Assembly: GCA_903920975.1 (NCBI GenBank)
Contig: CAIXNZ010000023.1
Coordinates: forward strand, 1-52,105
From: Candidatus Falkowbacteria bacterium
GTDB lineage: Bacteria; Patescibacteriota; Patescibacteriia; CAIXNZ01
Length of the DNA: 52,105 nucleotides
Direction: 5' to 3'
The notes beneath the pieces were generated by a model. The model was given only the letters and a program-made list of their open reading frames with translations, made no database searches and was not told the origin of the DNA. Of the stretch, positions 16,652 through 22,935 are shown one piece after another. The number at the start of each line of letters is the position of its first letter. Within the stretch, counting starts at the first letter, position 1. Both the position numbers and the translations under genes were made by a program.

Positions 16652-17776
16652 ATGAGAATAGGAATTGATTGCAGAAGAATATTAGACGTAGATCACGGTG
16701 AAAATGCCGGAGTCGGGCATTATGTTTATTATTTGATTAAATCCTTATTGCAAATTGACAAAGAGAATGAATATTATTTGTTTTTTTATGACCATAAAAT
16801 AAAAGCGCATGAATTTGAGCAGAGCAATGTTAGAATTATTTATTTTCCCGGGTTAGAAAATATTGGCAAAATTCCTTTTTTTTATCGCCATTGGTTTATT
16901 CCGCACATTCTTAGATTATATAGATTGGATATTTATCATAATCCCGCCAATATTATTCCTTTATTTTATTTACATAAATCAGTGGTAACGATCCATGATT
17001 TAGCTATTTATAAAAATTCTGACTGGTTTCCGGATAGACAATATTTCACTAAACTAATAAACATTCCAGTTTCAATTAAGCGAGCCAAAAAAATAATTGC
17101 TGTTTCGGAAAATACTAAAAATGATATTGTTAAAATATTCAAAATCGATCCAGCTAAGGTAGAGGTTATTTATGAAGGCGTAGATGATTATAACCAATTA
17201 ACTTTGGACGAAACGAAAATTAGGCCTGAATTGAAAATTAGCCAGCCATATTTTTTATTTTTGGGTACACTTGAACCAAGAAAAAATTTAGTACGCTTAG
17301 TCGAGGCTTTTAATGAATTTTTAAAAGATAATAAAGATTATAAATTAATTTTAGCCGGCAAAAAGGGCTGGAAATATGAGCCGATTTTTCAGACTATTGA
17401 AAAGTTCGGCTTAAAAGACAAGGTAATTGACATTGGCTATGTTAATAAAGAAGAAAAGGTATTTTTATTGCGTAATGCTTTGTCTCTTGCTTTTCCCAGT
17501 TTATATGAGGGTTTTGGTTTGCCGATTTTAGAGGCCATGAACATGGGTGTGCCAATTATCACTTCAAATATCGCCTCAATTCCGGAATTGGTTATCGACA
17601 ATGCGGTTTTAGTTGACCCATATAGTGTTGATTCCATTAAGGGTGCTTTATCAAAAATGGCAAATGATAAACAGCTGCGTGAAAAATTATCAGTAAAGGG
17701 CAAGGGCATTGCCCAAAATTTTACCTGGGAAAGATGCGCGAAAAAAACTTTAGAACTTTATCAAAGCATAAAATAA
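16652..17776 (+). CDS. GT-B glycosyltransferase (family 4 type)
   Basis: C-terminal EGFGLPILEAM.G.P motif of the Glycos_transf_1 family. Confidence 0.8.
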   Translation: MRIGIDCRRILDVDHGENAGVGHYVYYLIKSLLQIDKENEYYLFFYDHKIKAHEFEQSNVRIIYFPGLENIGKIPFFYRHWFIPHILRLYRLDIYHNPANIIPLFYLHKSVVTIHDLAIYKNSDWFPDRQYFTKLINIPVSIKRAKKIIAVSENTKNDIVKIFKIDPAKVEVIYEGVDDYNQLTLDETKIRPELKISQPYFLFLGTLEPRKNLVRLVEAFNEFLKDNKDYKLILAGKKGWKYEPIFQTIEKFGLKDKVIDIGYVNKEEKVFLLRNALSLAFPSLYEGFGLPILEAMNMGVPIITSNIASIPELVIDNAVLVDPYSVDSIKGALSKMANDKQLREKLSVKGKGIAQNFTWERCAKKTLELYQSIK

Positions 17777-17781
17777 GAATA

Positions 17782-17812
17782 AAAAAATCGGCGTAAGTGC
17801 GCCGTTTTTTTA
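17782..17812. terminator. bidirectional terminator between convergent genes
   Basis: A-run, stem cggcg...cgccg, then a T-run. Confidence 0.6.
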
Positions 17813-17818
17813 TTTTAT

Positions 17819-18265
17819 TTAATGTCTCAAAAGAAGATAAAGAATGATCATTTGATAGATTAAGCTTAAGTTAAGCGGTAAGCTCCAGTTTAATTTTTCA
17901 TGCACCCAGTCATGGGCTTTGTGAGTTCGATGGAATTGTTTGTGAGTAATTTCGTGAATGGCAACCATAATATCAGGCAAAATTCCGCCGATTATACCCC
18001 ACATCACTGAAGGACTGTAAGTAATTTTGTGAAAGTAAAACATTAAACCAAGTAAAATAATAGTTGAAAAAAGGTCAAAAATTATCAGATAAAGCATGGC
18101 CCTATTTTTAAAATCATTGCGATAAGCTCTTATTAAAGATTTATCACCGTGCGGAATAATATCTAAAATAAAGTGCGAGAGAAAAGCCAAAATAAAGGCA
18201 AAAAGAGAATAATGAACCCTTTCGCCAATCACAGCGCCAATTGTCGCATGCACTGATAAAAGCAT
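17819..18265 (-). CDS. membrane protein, DUF457/YdjM-like putative metal-dependent hydrolase (paralog 2)
   Basis: 148 aa with 4-5 TM segments. SH..LD.IPHGD motif shared with the upstream paralog. Starts 1 nt after the paralog-1 stop. Confidence 0.6.
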   Translation of the reverse strand: MLLSVHATIGAVIGERVHYSLFAFILAFLSHFILDIIPHGDKSLIRAYRNDFKNRAMLYLIIFDLFSTIILLGLMFYFHKITYSPSVMWGIIGGILPDIMVAIHEITHKQFHRTHKAHDWVHEKLNWSLPLNLSLIYQMIILYLLLRH

Positions 18266-18266
18266 A

Positions 18267-18722
18267 TTAAATTAAGATTGTTAATAAAAGAATAAATAAA
18301 ATAAATTGTAAGGCTAAGCCTAGATAGAAATTAATCTCATATTTTTTGGAAATGAGATTATGTAAAAAATTATGAAGTTTGAAGGGAATTTTAAATAACC
18401 TTTTGTTTGATAGAAAATATCCAAGTAGTAAAAAATCAGGCAAAATACTGCCTAAAAAAGTCGCAGCTATATTGGGATTATATATATCTATCTTGTTTAA
18501 AATAAACAAGCCTAGAAGGGTCACGCTTAAAATGGACAAATCAACAATTCCGGCCAAACCCCAGTAAATAAGATTGTTATATTTTTTAGGTGCCTTGGTG
18601 TCTCCATGCGGTATTATATCACAGCCGTAATGGGAAATTAACCCAAGAAAAAAAGCCAAAATTGGATTTTGGCAATACTTCCCAATAATTAAACCAATTG
18701 TGCCATGAACTGACAAAAACAT
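18267..18722 (-). CDS. membrane protein, DUF457/YdjM-like putative metal-dependent hydrolase (paralog 1)
   Basis: 151 aa. MFLSVHGTIG...SH.GCDIIPHGD parallels MLLSVHATIG...SHFILDIIPHGD in paralog 2. The ATG begins 2 nt after the tRNA(CAT) discriminator base. Confidence 0.6.
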   Translation of the reverse strand: MFLSVHGTIGLIIGKYCQNPILAFFLGLISHYGCDIIPHGDTKAPKKYNNLIYWGLAGIVDLSILSVTLLGLFILNKIDIYNPNIAATFLGSILPDFLLLGYFLSNKRLFKIPFKLHNFLHNLISKKYEINFYLGLALQFILFILLLTILI

Positions 18723-18724
18723 AG

Positions 18725-18798
18725 TACCAGGGGAGGGAATTGAACCCTCGACCTTGGGCTTATGAGTCCCACGCTCTAACCAACTGAGCTACCCTGGC
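18725..18798 (-). tRNA. tRNA with CAT anticodon (elongator Met, or Ile2 if lysidine-modified)
   Basis: Hand-folded cloverleaf. Acceptor GCCAGGG/CCCTGGT (G1-U72), D-arm GCTC-AGTTGGTTA-GAGC, anticodon loop CTCATAA, T-arm GAGGG-TTCAATT-CCCTC, A73. CCA is not encoded. The elongator-type D-arm argues against an initiator. Confidence 0.85.
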
Positions 18799-18896
18799 CC
18801 AGTTAAAAGTTTATGTATTTCGTAGTATTAACGCGTTGTTCAGCCATGCATTAAACAATAAGTAATACTCATTGCCACACAAACTTTTAACTGGGC
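18797..18896. repeat. 16-bp perfect inverted repeat enclosing the tRNA(CAT) 5' leader
   Basis: gcccagttaaaagttt (18797-18812) versus aaacttttaactgggc (18881-18896). The left arm includes tRNA nt 1-2. Confidence 0.8.
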
Positions 18897-18932
18897 TGGC
18901 CATTATGTTTTTATGGCCATCTTTTTTTCTAT

Positions 18933-18989
18933 TGCCGAAGGAGGGAATCCCCGCCTACGCTAAAGCTTCGGCGGGGCAGGCGAACCCTC
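18933..18989 (-). pseudogene. 3' piece of a tRNA-Leu-like gene (T-arm + acceptor 3' strand) with a 32-nt GC-rich hairpin inserted in the T-loop
   Basis: Minus strand reads GAGGGTTCG[CCTGCCCCGCCGAAGCTTTAGCGTAGGCGGGG]ATTCCCTCCTTCGGCA. Without the bracketed insert it is a canonical T-arm plus the acceptor strand CTTCGGC-A. Confidence 0.5.
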
Positions 18990-18996
18990 ATTCTAT

Positions 18997-19080
18997 TGCC
19001 GCCGGTCGGAATCGAACCGACATGGACTTGCGCCCATACGATTTTGAGTCGTACGTGTCTACCAGTTCCACCACGGCGGC
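18997..19080 (-). tRNA. tRNA-Leu (CAA)
   Basis: Class II cloverleaf. Acceptor GCCGCCG/CGGCGGC, anticodon arm TACGA-CTCAAAA-TCGTA, long variable arm TGGGC-GCAA-GTCCA, T-arm GTCGG-TTCGATT-CCGAC, A73. Confidence 0.9.
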
Positions 19081-19103
19081 GAAATATTATAATGCGCGCT
19101 ACG

Positions 19104-19141
19104 CCCCGCACATTGCGAGCTTAGCGAGAAATGGTGCGGGG
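19104..19141. repeat. GC-rich hairpin adjoining the tRNA-Leu-like 5' piece
   Basis: ccccgcac (19104-19111) / gtgcgggg (19134-19141). The loop contains gcttagcg, related to the loop of the hairpin at 18949-18976 (ccccgcc...ggcgggg, loop cgctaaagc). Confidence 0.6.
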
Positions 19142-19164
19142 TCTACCAATTCCGCCACTTCGGC
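19141..19164 (-). pseudogene. 5' piece of a tRNA-Leu-like gene (acceptor 5' strand + D-arm)
   Basis: Minus strand reads GCCGAAG-TG-GCGGAATTGGTAGAC. GCCGAAG is exactly complementary to the CTTCGGC of the 3' piece at 18933-18939. No anticodon arm follows. Confidence 0.5.
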
Positions 19165-19261
19165 CAGATACAAGTCTGCGTGTAGATGAGGTTATGTTCG
19201 TATTTCTAGATTTATCGCAAAATACGATTCGTACGATTCATACACAAACTTGTATCTGGCC
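19162..19261. repeat. 14-bp perfect inverted repeat enclosing the leader of the tRNA-Leu-like 5' piece
   Basis: ggccagatacaagt (19162-19175) versus acttgtatctggcc (19248-19261). The left arm includes the first 3 nt of the tRNA-like acceptor. Confidence 0.8.
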
Positions 19262-19309
19262 AAGGCCATTAAAAAGGCCATTAACACAAACTTACATCTG
19301 GCCAAGGCC
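19242..19309 (+). repeat. 26-nt direct repeat (2 copies, 2 mismatches)
   Basis: acacaaacttgtatctggccaaggcc (19242-19267) and acacaaacttacatctggccaaggcc (19284-19309). A related acacaaacttttaactgggc lies at 18877-18896. Confidence 0.8.
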
Positions 19310-19433
19310 CTCCCACTTTTTATCTAGTTAGAGCCTTAAGCTAAATATAATCAATTTTACTATAATTTTACAAAAATGTCAAAAGAGTATAAAATGAAAC
19401 TAAACTAAGCCTTAAATCCCATTTTAAAATAAT

Positions 19434-20210
19434 ATGGGCCATATTATTTCTATTGTTAACCAAAAAGGAGGCGTGGGTAAAACTACGACGGCCGTGAATT
19501 TGGCTGCTTATTTAGCCAACTTAGGCAAGTTCGTACTTTTAGTTGATGTTGACCCGCAGGCTAACGCCACCAGCGGTCTAGGTATTGATTATAATAAACT
19601 TGATAAAGGAGTTTACGAGGCCTTAATAGGAGATTTAAGTTTTAAAGAAGTTCTGCTTAATACCACTATGCCTGGCTTTAAAATAGCTCCGGCTAATCCC
19701 AATTTGGCTGGCGCTAATGTTGAATTAGTCAATTTAGAAAATCGTGAATCCAGATTGGAAAATGCGCTTTTGCCCATTCGTAATGATTTTGATTATATTA
19801 TTATTGATTGTCCGCCCTCTTTGGGGCTTTTGACTCTAAATAGCTTGGTGGCTGCTGAAAAACTTTTGATTCCGGTTCAGGCAGAATACTATGCTTTGGA
19901 AGGACTGAGTCAATTAATGAATACTATCAATTTGATTAAAAAAAATATAAAGCCGAACCTGGAAATTTTGGGAGCCGTCTTGACTATGTATGATAAACGT
20001 ACAAAATTATCCGACGAGGTTTTGCATCAGCTTTATCAATTTTTTCCAGATCGTATTTTTCGTTCTGTTATTCCACGCAATGTCCGTTTAACTGAATCGC
20101 CAAGCTTTGGTAAAAGTATTTTGGAATATGATCCCAAATCAAAAGGTGCCAAGGCTTATGAAAGATTAGCGCGTGAAATTCTTGATTTAACTAATTTAAG
20201 CTATTATTAA
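19434..20210 (+). CDS. parA: chromosome partitioning ATPase ParA/Soj
   Basis: Deviant Walker A NQKGGVGKTTT, followed by parB. Confidence 0.92.
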   Translation: MGHIISIVNQKGGVGKTTTAVNLAAYLANLGKFVLLVDVDPQANATSGLGIDYNKLDKGVYEALIGDLSFKEVLLNTTMPGFKIAPANPNLAGANVELVNLENRESRLENALLPIRNDFDYIIIDCPPSLGLLTLNSLVAAEKLLIPVQAEYYALEGLSQLMNTINLIKKNIKPNLEILGAVLTMYDKRTKLSDEVLHQLYQFFPDRIFRSVIPRNVRLTESPSFGKSILEYDPKSKGAKAYERLAREILDLTNLSYY

Positions 20211-20226
20211 AAATTAAAATAAAATT

Positions 20227-21093
20227 ATGCCTTTGGGCCGTGGCCTTGATGCGCTTTTGCCGTCAAAGCCGATTAAAACAAAATTTTCCAATGAGGAAAT
20301 AAATAAGATTGACGAAAAAAACAGAATCTTGGACATTGAACTTGATAAAATCCAGTTAAACCCGCATCAGCCAAGAAAAAGATTTGACCATACTGAACTG
20401 GAAGATTTGATTAATTCAATAAGAGTGCATGGGATAATCCAGCCGCTGATTGTTACAAGATTAGACGAGGACAAATATCAGCTGATTGCCGGTGAAAGAA
20501 GATTAAAAGCCGCGCAATTTTTGAATTTACCGACTGTGCCGGCTATTGTCAGAGAAGCTAAGGAACTGGAAAAATTAGAGATAGCTTTAATAGAAAATTT
20601 ACAGCGTAAAAATTTAAATGCGTTGGAAGAAGCTTTGTCTTATAAGCGCTTGATTGATGAATTTAATTTGACGCAAGAAGAAGTGGCGCAAAAAATTGGT
20701 AAAAAAAGATCAACTGTGGCCAACACCTTGAGATTATTAGCTTTGCCAGAGGATGCGCAAAAAGCGATTTTGGACGAAAAAATTTCCGAGGGTCATGCTA
20801 GGACAATTGCAGCGCTTGATGACGAAAAGCAGCAATTGGAACTTTTGCGAAAAATTTTACAAAATCAAATGAGCGTCAGAGAAGCCGAGGACCAGGTGAA
20901 AAAAGTAAAGGTTAGGGGTCACATACGAACGCTTAGCGTTGATCCCTTAACTGTTGAGAGGGAATTGAAGCTGCGCAATGTTTTAGGCCATAAAGTAGCG
21001 ATTAAGAAAAAAGGTAAGGGTGGCGAGATAGTTATTAACTTCAATTCGCAAGAGGATTTCAATGAAATTTATACAAAATTGATTGAGATATAA
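20227..21093 (+). CDS. parB: chromosome partitioning protein ParB/Spo0J
   Basis: ParB box (LIAGERRLKAA) and an HTH region (TQEEVAQKIGKKRSTVAN). Confidence 0.92.
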   Translation: MPLGRGLDALLPSKPIKTKFSNEEINKIDEKNRILDIELDKIQLNPHQPRKRFDHTELEDLINSIRVHGIIQPLIVTRLDEDKYQLIAGERRLKAAQFLNLPTVPAIVREAKELEKLEIALIENLQRKNLNALEEALSYKRLIDEFNLTQEEVAQKIGKKRSTVANTLRLLALPEDAQKAILDEKISEGHARTIAALDDEKQQLELLRKILQNQMSVREAEDQVKKVKVRGHIRTLSVDPLTVERELKLRNVLGHKVAIKKKGKGGEIVINFNSQEDFNEIYTKLIEI

Positions 21094-21101
21094 GGTAAAC
21101 T

Positions 21102-21133
21102 AAAAAAGGGGCAATCAGTGCCTCTTTTTTTTG
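21102..21133. terminator. bidirectional terminator (parB / relA convergent)
   Basis: AAAAAA, stem ggggca...tgcctc, then TTTTTTTT. Confidence 0.65.
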
Positions 21134-22606
21134 TTATTTTTTCAAGAATTTTTCAAACAGGGTTCGTTTGGCTAAGATTGTTCTTATCTTGCCTTTAGCC
21201 ACGCTGGTTTTGGCAAATTTGATCCAGTCTTGATTAGGATATTTGCGATTTTTATCAATAAGTATTTCAATCATATCGCCGCTTTTTAAAGCTGTATCCA
21301 ATGAAGCTATATGATTATTGATCAAGGCGCCGGCGCATTTGTTACCTATCTCAGTATGTACATGATAAGCAAAATCAATGGGCGTTGATTCTTTCGGCAA
21401 ATCAATGACATCGCCCTTGGGCGTAAAAACAAAAATTCTGTCTTGAAAAACATCTATTTTCAAACGTTCAAGCAGTTTTTGATTCTCTGTGATTTCTTTT
21501 TGCCATTTGGTTAATTCTTTAAGCCACTTCATTTTTTTATCTGGTCTGATTGAACCTTTTTCATCATAATGCCAATGAGCAGCGATACCATATTCGGCCT
21601 CTTCATCCATTTCCTTAGTTCTGATTTGAATCTCAATAATTTCACCTTCCGGCGTAAAAACCGTAGTATGCAGCGATGAATAGCCGTTGGGTTTTGGCTG
21701 GGCAATAAAATCTTTAATTCTGCCCTTGAGCGGTTTCATCTCTCTGTGAATAATGCCCATGACTGCATAGCATGTTGGCATATCTTTAACAATTATTCTT
21801 AAAGCCACAAAATCATAAACGCGGTTAATATCCTTATCGTGTTTTATTAATTTTTGATAAAGACTGTAGAGTTGTTTGACCCTGCCCCTAACTTCTATAA
21901 AATCAATTTTTTCATTTTTTAATACTTGCTTGATAAAATCAATATTTTTTTCCAAATACTTTTCCTTAATTTTACCCTGCTCTTCAACGATCTGCTTTAT
22001 CCAATTATATTCTTTGGGGTATAAATATTTAAAAGCTTCTTCTTCTAGCCGTCCTTTCATTTCATACATACCCAAGCGGTTGGCAATGGGCGCATAAATT
22101 TCCAATACTTCTGAGGCAATACGAATTTGTTTGTTGCGAGGCAGGGCATAAAGAGTTTTTAGATTATGCAAACGGTCTGCAAATTTTATTAAAATTACGC
22201 GCAGATCTTCAGCCATAGAAATAAACATTTTACGCAGATTTTCAATATAGCGTTCCATACCGCGGTATTTAATGGTGCCCAATTTAGTAATACCGTTGAC
22301 TAAACTGGCTACATCCTCGCCAAAATCCTTTTGGATGTCTTTAATGGTGAATTTTGTATCTTCGGGCACATCATGGAGCAGACCGGCAATAATAATGGTC
22401 GGACTTAACTTTAATTCAGCCAGGGTCTGGGCAGTAGCCAGCGGGTGATAGATATATTCTTCGCCACTCATCCTTTTTTGACCGGCATGGGCTGTCTTGG
22501 CAAACTCAAAAGCCAGTTTGACCATTTCCAAATCAGCTTCTGGATGATACAGCTTGATTGTTTTGAGAAGTTGCTGAAATTCTTTTTCTAATGATTGAGT
22601 TTCCAT
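21134..22606 (-). CDS. bifunctional RelA/SpoT-family (p)ppGpp synthetase/hydrolase (short form: HD + synthetase + TGS)
   Basis: HD motif (HPLATAQ...LLHDVPEDT), synthetase motif (GYSSLHTTV) and TGS motif (IFVFTPKGDVIDLPKESTPIDFAY). At 490 aa the C-terminal ACT region appears to be absent. Confidence 0.88.
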   Translation of the reverse strand: METQSLEKEFQQLLKTIKLYHPEADLEMVKLAFEFAKTAHAGQKRMSGEEYIYHPLATAQTLAELKLSPTIIIAGLLHDVPEDTKFTIKDIQKDFGEDVASLVNGITKLGTIKYRGMERYIENLRKMFISMAEDLRVILIKFADRLHNLKTLYALPRNKQIRIASEVLEIYAPIANRLGMYEMKGRLEEEAFKYLYPKEYNWIKQIVEEQGKIKEKYLEKNIDFIKQVLKNEKIDFIEVRGRVKQLYSLYQKLIKHDKDINRVYDFVALRIIVKDMPTCYAVMGIIHREMKPLKGRIKDFIAQPKPNGYSSLHTTVFTPEGEIIEIQIRTKEMDEEAEYGIAAHWHYDEKGSIRPDKKMKWLKELTKWQKEITENQKLLERLKIDVFQDRIFVFTPKGDVIDLPKESTPIDFAYHVHTEIGNKCAGALINNHIASLDTALKSGDMIEILIDKNRKYPNQDWIKFAKTSVAKGKIRTILAKRTLFEKFLKK

Positions 22607-22661
22607 ATACAGCTCTTATTATAAATTACTTTGAGATAAATTGAAAGATTAGCCTCAACCC

Positions 22662-22690
22662 TTGACTAATTTATAAATATATGATATACT
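22662..22690 (+). promoter_or_regulatory. orphan near-consensus promoter 1
   Basis: TTGACT, 17-nt spacer, then TGaTATACT. No annotated gene follows on this strand. Confidence 0.5.
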
Positions 22691-22696
22691 ACAGGC

Positions 22697-22767
22697 AAAT
22701 GTAAGGGTTCTGTAAAGGACCTAATTGCGATGGGAAAAAGTCCGGCGTTTGATACGTTGGATTTTTT
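22697..22767 (+). ncRNA. candidate ~70-nt small RNA 1
   Basis: Bounded by promoter 1 and a terminator (UCCGGCG / CGUUGGA with two G-U pairs, then UUUUUU at 22762-22767). Its 5' end carries AAAUGUAAGGGU (22697-22708). Confidence 0.35.
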
Positions 22768-22795
22768 CTTTTTATCAAATTTCAATATTTTACCC

Positions 22796-22824
22796 TTGAC
22801 AAATTCAATCTTTTTTGATATGAT
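22796..22824 (+). promoter_or_regulatory. orphan near-consensus promoter 2
   Basis: TTGACA, 17-nt spacer, then TGaTATGAT. Confidence 0.5.
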
Positions 22825-22830
22825 TCTCGT

Positions 22831-22925
22831 GATGGGAGAGTTGACACCCTTACATTTACATTGTAATTGGGGTTTAATCCTCTTCCATCACTAAAAAACC
22901 CCCGTTTTGTAATCGGGGATTTTTT
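22831..22925 (+). ncRNA. candidate ~95-nt small RNA 2 (or a leaderless mRNA for a 20-aa peptide)
   Basis: 12-bp stem gtgatgggagag / ctcttccatcac (22829-22840 / 22880-22891). The loop carries ACCCUUACAUUU (22846-22857). Terminator cccccg...cgggg plus TTTTT, shared with topA on the other strand. ATG 22832 opens MGELTPLHLHCNWGLILFHH*. Confidence 0.35.
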
Positions 22926-22935
22926 ATTTATTATA

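Noticed and set aside
18933-19164. Nanoarchaeum-style split tRNA, or a tRNA with a giant intron containing another tRNA.
   Set aside because: The two outer pieces supply the acceptor, D- and T-arms but no anticodon or variable arm. No bulge-helix-bulge-like junction is evident. A disrupted gene is the more economical reading.
19242-19309. Direct repeats considered as a possible CRISPR array or parS cluster upstream of parA.
   Set aside because: There are only two copies with a 16-nt spacer, and no further units. The units are not palindromic like parS (TGTTNCACGTGAAACA), and I found no parS-like 16-mer anywhere near parAB.
18872-19331. ORFs 18872-19189, 18929-19111 and 19131-19331 across the tRNA region.
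   Set aside because: They overlap an intact tRNA-Leu and tRNA-like fragments. Their Arg/Pro/Ala-rich translations are artefacts of GC-rich RNA genes.
22725-22750. GGGAAAAAGTCCGGCG resembles the RNase P RNA P4 strand (GAGGAAAGUCCGGGC).
   Set aside because: None of the other universally conserved RNase P regions is present nearby. The segment is only about 70 nt between a promoter and a terminator.
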